Below, in pieces: positions 24,834 through 37,098 of a stretch of 64,000 nt of DNA; positions within the stretch are counted from its first letter, which is position 1; every line of letters starts with the position of its first letter. Origin of the DNA: Eledone cirrhosa. Its lineage: Eukaryota. The position numbers and the translations under genes are program-made. The notes beneath the pieces were generated by a model. That model was not told the DNA's origin. It saw only the letters and a program-made list of their open reading frames with translations, and did not search any database. The DNA is taken from NCBI GenBank assembly GCA_964016885.1, contig OZ024744.1, positions 131,130,001 through 131,194,000 of the forward strand, read 5' to 3'.

Positions 24834-26609
24834 AGTCGGGGTTAAGTTAAGTTGGGGGTAAGTTAAGTTGGGATTAAGTTAAGTTGCGGTTAAGTTGGGG
24901 TTAAGTTAAGTTGGGGTTAAGTTAAGTCGGGGTAATTTAAGTCGGGGTTAAGTTAAGTTAGGGTTAAGTTAAGTTGGGGTTAAGTTAAAGTTGGGGTTGA
25001 GTTAAGTTGCGGTTGAGTTAAATTGGGGTTGAGTTAAGTTGGGGTTGAGTGAAGTTGGTGTTGAGTTAAGTTGGGGTTAAGTTAAGTTGGGGTTAAGTTA
25101 TGTTGCGGTTAAGTTAAGTTGAGGTTAAGTTAAGTTGGGGTTAACTTAAGTGTGGGTTAAGTTCAGTCGGGGTTAAGTTAAGTTGGTGTTAAGTTAAGTT
25201 GGGGTTAAGTTAAGTTGGGGTTAAGTTAAGTTGGGGTTAAGTTAAGTTGGGGTTAAGTTAAGTTGAGGTTAAGTTAAGTTGGGGTTAAATTAAGTTGGGG
25301 TTAAGTTAAGTTGGGGTTAAGTTAAGTTGGGGTTAAGTTAAGTTGGAGATATGTTAAGTTGGGGATGAGTTAAATTGGGGTTAAGTTAAGTTGGGTTTAA
25401 GTTAAGTTGGGGTTAAGTTAAGTTGGTTAGTTAAGTTGAGTTTAAGTTAAGTTGGGGTTAATTTAAATCGGGGTTAAGTTAAGTTAGGGTTAAGTTAAGT
25501 TGGGGTTGAGTTAAGTTGGGGTTGAGTTAAATTGGGGTTGAGTTAAGTTGGGGTTGAGTTAAGTTGGTGTTGAGTTAAGTTGGGGTTAAGTTAAGTTGGG
25601 GTTAAGTTAAGTTGTGGTTAAGTTAAGTTGAGGTTAAGTTAAGTTGGGGTTAAGTTAAGTTGGGGTTAATTTAAGTTGGGGCTAAGTTAAGTTGGGGCTA
25701 AGTTAAGTTGGGGTTAAGTTAAGTTGGGGTCAACTTAAGTTGGGGTTAAGTTAAGTTGGCGTTAAGTTAAGTTGGGGTTAAGTTAAGTTGGGGTTAAGTT
25801 AAGTTGGTGTTAAGTTAAGTTGGGGCTGAGTTAAGTTGGGGCTGAGTTAAGTTGGGGCTGAGTTAAGTTGGGGTTCAGTCAAGTTGGGGTTAAGTTAAGT
25901 TGGGGTTATTTTAAGTTGGGGTTTAGTTAAGTTGGGGTTCATTTAAGTTGGGGTTAAGTTAAGTTTGGGTTAAGTTGGGGTTAAATTAATTTGGGGTTAA
26001 ATGAAGTTGGGGTTAAGTTAAGTTGGGGTTAAGTTAAGTTGGGGTTAATTTAAGTTGGGGTTAAGTTAAGTTGCGGGTAATTTAAGTTGGGGTTAAGTTA
26101 AGTTGGGGTTAAGTTAAGTTGGGGTTAAGTTAAGTTTGGGTTAAGTTAAGTTGGGGTTAAGTTAATTTGGGGTTAAGTTGGGGTTAAGTTAAGTTGGGGT
26201 TTATTTAAGTTGGGGTTAAGTTAAGTTGGGGTTCAGTTAAGTTGGGGTTCAGTTAAGTTGGGGTTAAGTTAAGCTGGGGTTAAGATGGGGTTAAATTAAG
26301 TTGGGGTTAAGTTAAGTTGGTTAGTTAAGTTGAGGTTAAGTTAAGTTGGGCTTAAGTTAAGTTGGGGTTAATTTAAGTTGGGGTTAAGTTAAGTTGGGGT
26401 TAAGTTAAGTTGGGGTTAAGTCAAGTTGGGGTTAAGTTAAGTTGGGGTTGAGTTAAGTTGGGGTTGAGTGAAGTTGGGGTTAAGTTAAGTTGGGGTTAAG
26501 TTAAGTTGGGGTTAAGTTAAGTTGGGGTCAAGTTAAGTTAGGGTTAAGTTAAGTTGGGGTTAAGTTAAGTTGGCGTTAAGTTAATTTGTGGTTAAGTTAA
26601 GTTGGGGTT

Positions 26610-26809
26610 AACCCCAACTTAACTTAACCCCATTTTCACTCAAACCCAACTTAACTCAACCCCAACTTAACTTAACCCCAGCTTCACTCAACCCCAACTT
26701 AACTTAACCCCAACTTCACTCAACCCCAACTTAACTCAACCCCAACTTAACTTAACCCCAACTTGACTTAACCCCAACTTAACTTAACCCCAACTTAACT
26801 TAACCCCAA
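26610..26809 (-). repeat. Inverted satellite cassette 12 (200 bp, A1; copy of cassette 1)
   Basis: Offset 25759 from cassette 1, same markers. Confidence 0.97.
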
Positions 26810-28107
26810 AGTCGGGGTTAAGTTAAGTTGGGGGTAAGTTAAGTTGGGATTAAGTTGGGGTTAAGTTAAGTTAGGGTTAAGTTAAGTTGGGGTTAAGTTA
26901 AGTTGGGGTTAAGTTGGGGTTAAATTAAGTTGGGGCTAAGTTAATTTGTGGTTAAGTTAAGTTGGGGTTAAGTTAAGTTGGGGTTAAGTTAAGTTGCGTT
27001 TAAGTTGGGGTTAAGTTAAGTTAGGGTTAAGTTAAGTTGGGGTTAAGTTAAGTTGGGGTTAATTTAAATTGGGGTTAAGTTAACTTTGTGGTTAAGTTAA
27101 GTTGGGGTTAAGTTAAGTTGGGGTTAAGTTGGGGTTAATTTAAGTTGGGGCTAAGTTAATTTGTGGTTAAGTTAAGTTGGGGTTAAGTTAAGTTGGGGTT
27201 AAGTTAAGTTGGGGTTGAGTTAAGTTGGGGTTGAGATAATTTGGGGTTAATTTAAGTTGGGGTTAAGTTAAGTTGGGTTTTAGTTAAGTTGGGGTTAAAT
27301 TAAGTTGGGGTTAAATTAAGTTGGGGTTAAGTTAAGTTGGGGGTAAGTTAAGTTGGGGGCAAGTTAAGTTGGGGCTAAGTTAAGTTGGGGTTAAATTAAG
27401 TTGGGGTTACGTTAAGTTGGTGTTAAGTTAAGTTGGGGTTAATTTAAGTTGGGGTTAATTAAGTTGGGGTTAAGTTAAGTTGGGGTTAAGTTAAGTTGGG
27501 GTTTATTTAAGTTGGGGTTAAGTTAAGTTGGGGTTAATTAAGTTGGGGTTAATTTAAGTTGGGGTTAAGTTAAGTTGGGGTTAATTTAAGTTGGGGTTGA
27601 GTTAAGTTGGGGTTAAGTTAAGTTGGGGTTATATTAAGTTGGGGTTAGGTTAAGTTGGGGTTAAGTTAAGTTGGGGTTAAGTTAAGTTGGGGTTTATTTA
27701 AGTTGGGGTTAAGTTAAGTTGGGGTTAATTTAAGTTGGGGTTGAGTTAAGTTGGTGTTGAGTTAAGTTGCGGTTATGTTAAGTTGGGGTTAAGTTAAGTT
27801 GGGGTTAAGTTAAGTTGGGGCTGAGTTAAGTTGGGGCTGAGTTAAGTTGGGGTTAAGTTAAGTTGGGGTTAAGTTAAGTCGGGGTTAAGTTAAGTTGGGG
27901 TTAAGTTAAGTTGGGGTTAAGTTAAGTTGGGGTTAAGTTAAGTTGGGGTTAAGTTAAGTTGGGTTTAAGTTAAGTTGGGGTTAAGTTAAGTTGGGGTCAA
28001 GTTAAGTTGGGGTTAAGTTAAGTTGGTTAGTTAAGTTGAGTTTAAGTTAAGTTGGGGTTAATTTATGTTGGGGTTAAGTTAAGTTGGGGTTAAGTTAAGT
28101 TGGGGTT

Positions 28108-28307
28108 AACCCCAACTTAACTTAACCCCAACTTCACTCAACGCCAACGTAACTCAACCCCAACTTAACTTAACCCCAACTTCACTCAACCCCAACTTAA
28201 CTTAACCCCAACTTCACTCAACCCCAACTTAAGTCAACCCCAACTTAACTTAACCCCAACTTGACTTAACCCCAACTTAACTTAGCACGAACTTAACTTA
28301 AGCCCAA
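28108..28307 (-). repeat. Inverted satellite cassette 13 (200 bp, B; copy of cassette 2)
   Basis: Offset 25759; shares private AACGCC and GCACGA. Confidence 0.97.
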
Positions 28308-29512
28308 AGTCGGGGTTAAGTTAAGTTGGCGTTAAGTTAAGTTAGGCTTAACTTAAGTTGGGGTTCAGTTAAGTTGGGGGTAAGTTAAGTTGGGGGTAAG
28401 TTAAGTTGGGGTTAAGTTAAGTTGCGTTTAAGTTGGGGTTAAGTTAAGTTAGGGTTAAGTTAAGTTGGGATTAAGTTAAGTTGGGGATAATTTAAGTTGG
28501 GGTTAAGTTGGGGTTAATTTAACTTGGGGCTAAGTTAATTTGTGGTTAAGTTAAGTTGGGGTTAAGTTAAGTTGGGGTTAAGTTAAGTTGGGGTTGAGTT
28601 AAGTTGGGGTTGAGTTAATTTGGGGTTAATTTAAGTTGGGGTTAAGTTAAGTTGGGTTTAAGTTAAGTTGGGGTTAAGTTAAGTTGGGGTTAAATTAAGT
28701 TGGGGTTAAGTTAAGTTGGGGGTAAGTTAAGTTGGGGGCAAGTTAAGTTGGGGCTAAGTTAAGTTGGGGTTAAATTAAGTTGGGGTTACGTTAAGTTGGT
28801 GTTAAGTTAAGTTGGGGTTAATTTAAGTTGGGGTTAATTAAGTTGGGGTTAAGTTAAGTTGGGGTTAAGTTAAGTTGGGGTTTATTTAAGTTGGGGTTAA
28901 GTTAAGTTGGGGTTCAGTTAAGTTGGGGTTCAGTTAAGTTGGGGTTAAGTTAAGTTGGGGTTAAGATGGGGTTAAATTAAGTTGGGGTTAAGTTAAGTTG
29001 GGGTTAAGTTAAGTTGGGGTTAAGTTAAGTTGGGGTTAAGTTAAGTCGGGGTTAAGTTAAGTCGGGGTTAAGTTAAGTTAGGGTTCAGTTAAGTTGGGGT
29101 TAAGTTAAGTTGGGGTTGAGTTAAGTTGGGGTTGAGTTAAATTGGGGTTGAGTTAAGTTGGGGTTGAGTTAAGTTGGTGTTGAGTTAAGTTGCGGTTATG
29201 TTAAGTTGGGGTAAGTTAAGTTGGGGTTAAGTTAAGTTGGGGCTAAGTTAAGTTGGGGTTAAGTTAAGTTGGGGTTAATTAAGTTGGGGTTAAGTTAAGT
29301 TGGGGTTAAGTTTAGTTGGGTTTAAGTTAAGTTGGGGTTAAGTTAAGTTGGGGTCAAGTTAAGTTGGGGTTAAGTTAAGTTGGTTAGTTAAGTTGAGTTT
29401 AAGTTAAGTTGGGGTTAATTTATGTTGGGGTTAAGTTAAGTTGGGGTTAAGTTAAGTTGGGGTTAAGTTAAGTTGGGGTTAAGTTAAGTTGGGGTTAAGT
29501 TAAGTTGGGGTT

Positions 29513-29712
29513 AACCCCAACTTAACTTAACCCCAACGTAACTCAACCCCAACGTAACTCAACCCCAACTTAACTTAACCCCAACTTCACTCAACCCCAA
29601 CTTAACTTAACTCCAACTTCACTCAATCCCAACTTAAGTCAACCCCAACTTAACTTAACCCCAACTTGACTTAACCCCAACTTAACTTAGCACCAACTTA
29701 ACTTAAGCCCAA
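29513..29712 (-). repeat. Inverted satellite cassette 14 (200 bp, B; copy of cassette 3)
   Basis: Offset 25759; shares ACTCC and AATCCC. Confidence 0.97.
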
Positions 29713-31541
29713 AGTCGGGGTTAAGTTAAGTTGGCGTTAAGTTAAGTTAGGCTTAACTTAAGTTGGGGTTCAGTTAAGTTGGGGGTAAGTTAAGTTGGGG
29801 GTAAGTTAAGTTGTGGTTAAGTTAAGTTGCGTTTAAGTTGGGGTTAAGTTAAGTTAGGGTTAAGTTAAGTTGGGGTTAAGTTAAGTTGGGGTTAATTTAA
29901 ATTGGGGTTAAGTTAACTTTGTGGTTAAGTTAAGTTGGGGTTAAGTTAAGTTGGGGTTAAGTTGGGGTTAATTTAAGTTGGGGCTAAGTTAATTTGTGGT
30001 TAAGTTAAGTTGGGGTTAAGTTAAGTTGGGGTTAAGTTAAGTTGGGGTTGAGTTAAGTTGGGGTTGAGTTAATTTGGGGTTAATTTAAGTTGGGGTTAAG
30101 TTAAGTTGGGTTTAAGTTAAGTTGGGGTTAAATTAAGTTGGGGTTAAATTAAGTTGGGGTTAAGTTAAGTTGGGGGTAAGTTAAGTTGGGGGCAAGTTAA
30201 GTTGGGGCTAAGTTAAGTTGGGGTTAAATTAAGTTGGGGTTACGTTAAGTTGGTGTTAAGTTAAGTTGGGGTTAATTTAAGTTGGGGTTAATTAAGTTGG
30301 GGTTAAGTTAAGTTGGGGTTAAGTTAAGTTGGGGTTTATTTAAGTTGGGGTTAAGTTAAGTTGGGGTTCAGTTAAGTTGGGGTTCAGTTAAGTTGGGGTT
30401 AAGTTAAGTTGGGGTTAAGATGGGGTTAAATTAAGTTGGGGTTAAGTTAAGTTGGGGTTAAGTTAAGTTGGGGTTAAGTTAAGTTGGGGTTAAGTTAAGT
30501 CGGGGTTAAGTTAAGTCGGGGTTAAGTTAAGTTAGGGTTCAGTTAAGTTGGGGTTGAGTTCAGTTGGGGTTGAGTTAAGTTGGGGTTAAGTTAAGTTGGG
30601 GATAAGTTAAGTTGGGGTTAAGTTAAGTTGGGGTTTATTTAAGTTGGGGTTAATTTAAGTTGCAGTTAAGTTAAGTTGAGGTTAAGTTAAGGTGCGGTTA
30701 AGTTAAGTTGGGGTTAAGTTAAGTTGGGGCTAAGTTAAGTTGGGGCTAAGTTAAGTTGGGGCTAAGTTAAGTTGGGGTTAGGTTAAGTCGGGGTTAAGTT
30801 AAGTCGGGGTTAAGTTAAGTTGGCGTTAAGTTAAGTTGGGGTTAATTTAAGTTGGGGTTAAGTTAAGTTGGGGTTAATTTAAGTTGGGGTTAAGTTAAGT
30901 TGCGGGTAATTTAAGTTGGGGTTAAGTTAAGTTGGGGTTAAGTTAAGTTGGGGTTATGTTAAGTTGGTTAGTTAAGTTGAGTTTAAGTTAAGTTGGGGTT
31001 AATTTATGTTGGGGTTAAGTTAAGTTGGGGTTAAGTTAAGTTGGGGTTAATTTAAGTTGGGGTTAAGTTAAGTTGCGGGTAATTTAAGTTGGGGTTAAGT
31101 TAAGTTGGGGTTAAGTTAAGTTGGGGTTATGTTAAGTTGGGGTTAAGTTAAGTTGGGGTTAAGTTAAGTTGGGGCTAAGTTAAGTTGGGGCTGAGTTAAG
31201 TTGGGGTTAAGTTAAGTTGGGGTTAAGTTAAGTTGGGGATAAGTTAAGTTGGGGTTAAGTTAAGTTGGGGTTTATTTAAGTTGGGGTTAATTTAAGTTGG
31301 GGTTCATTTAAGTTGGGGTTAAGTTAAGTTGGGGTTAAGTTAAGTTGGGGTTAAGTTAAGTTGGGGTTAATTTAAGTTGGGTTTAAGTTAAGTTGGGGTT
31401 AAGTTAAGTTGGGGTCAAGTTAAGTTGGGGTTAAGTTAAGTTGGTTAGTTAATTTGAGTTTAAGTTAAGTTGGGGTTAATTTTTGTTGGGGTTAAGTTAA
31501 GTTGGGGTTAAGTTAAGTTGGGGTTAAGTTAAGTTGGGGTT

Positions 31542-31741
31542 AACCCCAACTTAACTTAACCCCAACTTCACTCAACCCCAACGTAACTCAACCCCAACTT
31601 AACTTAACCCCAACTTCACTCAACCCCAACTTAACTTAACCCCAACTTCACTCAACCCCAACTTAAGTCAACCCCAACTTAACTTAACCCCAACTTGACT
31701 TAACCCCAACTTAACTTAGCACCAACTTAACTTAAGCCCAA
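31542..31741 (-). repeat. Inverted satellite cassette 15 (200 bp, B; copy of cassette 4)
   Basis: Offset 25759. Confidence 0.97.
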
Positions 31742-34700
31742 AGTCGGGGTTAAGTTAAGTTGGCGTTAAGTTAAGTTAGGCTTAACTTAAGTTGGGGTTC
31801 AGTTAAGTTGGGGGTAAGTTAAGTTGGGGGTAAGTTAAGTTGGGGTTAAGTTAAGTTGCGTTTAAGTTGGGGTTAAGTTAAGTTAGGGTTAAGTTAAGTT
31901 GGGGTTAATTTAAATTGGGGTTAAGTTAACTTTGTGGTTAAGTTAAGTTGGGGTTAAGTTAAGTTGGGGTTAAGTTGGGGTTAATTTAAGTTGGGGCTAA
32001 GTTAATTTGTGGTTAAGTTAAGTTGGGGTTAAGTTAAGTTGGGGTTAAGTTAAGTTGGGGTTGAGTTAAGTTGGGGTTGAGTTAATTAGGGGTTAAATTA
32101 AGTTGGGGTTAAGTTAAGTTGGGGGTAAGTTAAGTTGGGGCTAAGTTAAGTTGGGGTTAAATTAAGTTGGGGTTACGTTAAGTTGGTGTTAAGTTAAGTT
32201 GGGGTTAATTTAAGTTGGGGTTAATTAAGTTGGGGTTAAGTTAAGTTGGGGTTAAGTTAAGTTGGGGTTTATTTAAGTTGGGGTTAAGTTAAGTTGGGGT
32301 TCAGTTAAGTTGGGGTTCAGTTAAGTTGGGGTTAATTTAAGTTGGGGTTAAGATGGGGTTAAATTAAGTTGGGGTTAAGTTAAGTTTGGGTTAAGTTAAG
32401 TTGGGGTTAAGTTAAGTTGGGGTTAAGTTAAGTCGGGGTTAAGTTAAGTCGGGGTTAAGTTAAGTTAGGGTTCAGTTAAGTTGGGGTTAAGTTAAGTTGG
32501 GGTTGAGTTAAGTTGGGGTTGAGTTAAATTGGGGTTGAGTTAAGTTGGGGTTGAGTTAAGTTGGTGTTGACTTAAGTTGGGGTTAAGTTAAGTTGGGGTT
32601 AAGTTAAGTTGCAGTTAAGTTAAGTTGAGGTTAAGTTAAGGTGCGGTTAAGTTAAGTTGGGGTTAAGTTAAGTTGGGGCTAAGTTAAGTTGGGGCTAATT
32701 TAAGTTGGGGCTAAGTTACGTTGGGGTTAGGTTAAGTTGGGGTTAAGTTAAGTCGGGGTTAAGTTAAGTTGGCGTTAAGTTAAGTTGGGGTTAATTTAAG
32801 TTGGGGTTAAGTTAAGTTGGGGTTAAGTTAAGTTGGGGTTAAGTTAAGTTGGGGTTATGTTAAGTTGGGGTTAAGTTAAGTTGGGGTTAAGTTAAGTTGG
32901 GGCTAAGTTAAGTTGGGGCTGAGTTAAGTTGGGGTTAAGTTAAGTTGGGGTTAAGTTAAGTTTGGGATAAGTTAAGTTGGGGTTAAGTTAAGTTGGGGTT
33001 TATTTAAGTTGGGGTTAATTTAAGTTGGGGTTCAGTTAAGTTGGGGTTCAGTTAAGTTGGGGTTAAGTTAAGTTGGGGTTTATTTAAGTTGGGGTTAATT
33101 TAAGTCGGGGTTAAGTTAAGTCGGGGTTCAGTTAATATAGGGTTAAGTTAAGTTGGGGTTAAGTTAAATTGGGGTTGATTTAAGTTGGGGTTGAGTTAAG
33201 TTGGTGTTCAGTTAAGTTGGGGTTAAGTTAAGTTGGGGTTGATTTAAGTTGGGGTTGAGTTAAGTTGGTGTTCAGTTAAGTTGGGGTTAAGTTAAGTTGG
33301 GGTTAATTTAAGTTGCAGTTAAGTTAAGTTGAGGTTAAGTTAAGGTGGGGTTAAGTTAAGTTGGGGTTAGTTTAAGTTGGGGCTAAGCTAAGTTGGGGCT
33401 AAGTTAAGTTGGGGCTAAGTTAAGTTGGGGTTAAGTTAAGTTGGGGTATATTAAGTTGGGGTTAAGTTAAGTTGGGGTTAAGTTAAGTTGGGGTTAAGTT
33501 AAGTTGGGGCTGAGTTAAGTTGGGGCTGAGTTAAGTTGGGGCTGAGTTAAGTTGGGGTTAAGTTAAGTTGGGGTATATTAAGTTGGGGTTAAGTTAAGTT
33601 GGGGTTAAGTTAAGTTGGGGTTAAGTTAAGTTGGGGCTGAGTTAAGTTGGGGCTTAGTTAAGGTGGGGCTGAGTTAAGTTGGGGTTAAGATAAGTTGGGG
33701 TTGAGTTAAGTTGGGGTTAAGTTAAGTTGGGGTTAAGTTAAGTTGGGGTTAAGTTGGGGTTAAGTTAAGTTAGGTTTAAGTTAAGTTGGGTTTAAGTTAA
33801 GTTGGGGTTAAGTTAAGTTGGGGTTAAGTTAAGTTGGGTTTAAGTTAAGTTGGGGTTAATTTAAGTTGGGGATAAGTTAAGTCGGGGTTAAGTTAAGTTG
33901 GTGTTAAGTTAAGTTGGGGTTAAGTTAAGTTGGGGTTAAGTTAAGTTGGGGTTAAGTTAAGTTGGGGTTAAGTTAAGTTGAGGTTAAGTTAAGTTGGGGT
34001 TAAATTAAGTTGGGGTTAAGTTAAGTTGGGGTTAAGTTAAGTTGGGGTTAAGTTAAGTTGGGGATATGTTAAGTTGGGGATGAGTTAAATTGGGGTTAAG
34101 TTAAGTTGGGTTTAAGTTAAGTTGGGGTTAAGTTAAGTTGGGGTTAAGTTAAGTTGGGGTTAAGTTAAGTTGGTTAGTTAAGTTGAGTTTAAGTTAAGTT
34201 GGGGTTAATTTAAATCGGGGTTAAGTTAAGTTAGGGTTAAGTTAAGTTGGGGTTGAGTTAAGTTGGGGTTGAGTTAAATTGGGGTTGAGTTAAGTTGGGG
34301 TTGAGTTAAGTTGGTGTTGAGTTAAGTTGGGGTTAAGTTAAGTTGGGGTTAAGTTAAGTTGTGGTTAAGTTAAGTTGAGGTTAAGTTAAGTTGGGGTTAA
34401 GTTAAGTTGGGGTTAATTTAAGTTGGGGCTAAGTTAAGTTGGGGCTAAGTTAAGTTGGGGTTAAGTTAAGTTGGGGTCAACTTAAGTTGGGGTTAAGTTA
34501 AGTTGGCGTTAAGTTAAGTTGGGGTTAAGTTAAGTTGGGGTTAAGTTAAGTTGGTGTTAAGTTAAGTTGGGGCTGAGTTAAGTTGGGGCTGAGTTAAGTT
34601 GGGGCTGAGTTAAGTTGGGGTTCAGTCAAGTTGGGGTTAAGTTAAGTTGGGGTTATTTTAAGTTGGGGTTTAGTTAAGTTGGGGTTCATTTAAGTTGGGG

Positions 34701-35356
34701 TTAAGTTAAGTTTGGGTTAAGTTGGGGTTAAATTAATTTGGGGTTAAATGAAGTTGGGGTTAAGTTAAGTTGGGGTTAAGTTAAGTTGGGGTTAATTTAA
34801 GTTGGGGTTAAGTTAAGTTGCGGGTAATTTAAGTTGGGGTTAAGTTAAGTTGGGGTTAAGTTAAGTTGGGGTTAAGTTAAGTTTGGGTTAAGTTAAGTTG
34901 GGGTTAAGTTAATTTGGGGTTAAGTTGGGGTTAAGTTAAGTTGGGGTTTATTTAAGTTGGGGTTAAGTTAAGTTGGGGTTCAGTTAAGTTGGGGTTCAGT
35001 TAAGTTGGGGTTAAGTTAAGCTGGGGTTAAGATGGGGTTAAATTAAGTTGGGGTTAAGTTAAGTTGGTTAGTTAAGTTGAGGTTAAGTTAAGTTGGGCTT
35101 AAGTTAAGTTGGGGTTAATTTAAGTTGGGGTTAAGTTAAGTTGGGGTTAAGTTAAGTTGGGGTTAAGTCAAGTTGGGGTTAAGTTAAGTTGGGGTTGAGT
35201 TAAGTTGGGGTTGAGTGAAGTTGGGGTTAAGTTAAGTTGGGGTTAAGTTAAGTTGGGGTTAAGTTAAGTTGGGGTCAAGTTAAGTTAGGGTTAAGTTAAG
35301 TTGGGGTTAAGTTAAGTTGGCGTTAAGTTAATTTGTGGTTAAGTTAAGTTGGGGTT

Positions 35357-35556
35357 AACCCCAACTTAACTTAACCCCATTTTCACTCAAACCCAACTTA
35401 ACTCAACCCCAACTTAACTTAACCCCAGCTTCACTCAACCCCAACTTAACTTAACCCCAACTTCACTCAACCCCAACTTAACTCAACCCCAACTTAACTT
35501 AACCCCAACTTGACTTAACCCCAACTTAACTTAACCCCAACTTAACTTAACCCCAA
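35357..35556 (-). repeat. Inverted satellite cassette 16 (200 bp, A1; copy of cassette 5)
   Basis: Offset 25759. Confidence 0.97.
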
Positions 35557-36898
35557 AGTCGGGGTTAAGTTAAGTTGGGGGTAAGTTAAGTTGGGATTAA
35601 GTTGGGGTTAAGTTAAGTTAGGGTTAAGTTAAGTTGGGGTTAAGTTAAGTTGGGGTTAAGTTGGGGTTAAATTAAGTTGGGGCTAAGTTAATTTGTGGTT
35701 AAGTTAAGTTGGGGTTAAGTTAAGTTGGGGTTAAGTTAAGTTGCGTTTAAGTTGGGGTTAAGTTAAGTTAGGGTTAAGTTAAGTTGGGGTTAAGTTAAGT
35801 TGGGGTTAATTTAAATTGGGGTTAAGTTAACTTTGTGGTTAAGTTAAGTTGGGGTTAAGTTAAGTTGGGGTTAAGTTGGGGTTAATTTAAGTTGGGGCTA
35901 AGTTAATTTGTGGTTAAGTTAAGTTGGGGTTAAGTTAAGTTGGGGTTAAGTTAAGTTGGGGTTGAGTTAAGTTGGGGTTGAGATAATTTGGGGTTAATTT
36001 AAGTTGGGGTTAAGTTAAGTTGGGTTTTAGTTAAGTTGGGGTTAAATTAAGTTGGGGTTAAATTAAGTTGGGGTTAAGTTAAGTTGGGGGTAAGTTAAGT
36101 TGGGGGCAAGTTAAGTTGGGGCTAAGTTAAGTTGGGGTTAAATTAAGTTGGGGTTACGTTAAGTTGGTGTTAAGTTAAGTTGGGGTTAATTTAAGTTGGG
36201 GTTAATTAAGTTGGGGTTAAGTTAAGTTGGGGTTAAGTTAAGTTGGGGTTTATTTAAGTTGGGGTTAAGTTAAGTTGGGGTTCAGTTAAGTTGGGGTTCA
36301 GTTAAGTTGGGGTTAAGTTAAGTTGGGGTTAAGATGGGGTTAAATTAAGTTGGGGTTAAGTTAAGTTGGGGTTAAGTTAAGTTGGGGTTAAGTTAAGTCG
36401 GGGTTAAGTTAAGTCGGGGTTAAGTTAAGTTAGGGTTGAGTTAAGTTGGGGTTAAGTTAAGTTGGGGTTGAGTTAAGTTGGGGTTGAGTTAAATTGGGGT
36501 TGAGTTAAGTTGGGGTTGAGTTAAGTTGGTGTTGAGTTAAGTTGCGGTTATGTTAAGTTGGGGTTAAGTTAAGTTGGGGTTAAGTTAAGTTGGGGCTAAG
36601 TTAAGTTGGGGCTGAGTTAAGTTGGGGTTAAGTTAAGTTGGGGTTAAGTTAAGTCGGGGTTAAGTTAAGTTGGGGTTAAGTTAAGTTGGGGTTAAGTTAA
36701 GTTGGGGTTAAGTTAAGTTGGGGTTAAGTTAAGTTGGGTTTAAGTAAAGTTGGGGTTAAGTTAAGTTGGGGTCAAGTTAAGTTTGGGTTAAGTTAAGTTG
36801 GTTAGTTAAGTTGAGTTTAAGTTAAGTTGGGGTTAATTTATGTTGGGGTTAAGTTAAGTTGGGGTTAAGTTAAGTTGGGGTTAAGTTAAGTTGGGGTT

Positions 36899-37098
36899 AA
36901 CCCCAACTTAACTTAACCCCAACTTCACTCAACCCCAACGTAACTCAACCCCAACTTAACTTAACCCCAACTTCACTCAACCCCAACTTAACTTAACCCC
37001 AACTTCACTCAACCCCAACTTAAGTCAACCCCAACTTAACTTAACCCCAACTTGACTTAACCCCAACTTAACTTAGCACCAACTTAACTTAAGCCCAA
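36899..37098 (-). repeat. Inverted satellite cassette 17 (200 bp, B; copy of cassette 6)
   Basis: Offset 25759. Confidence 0.97.
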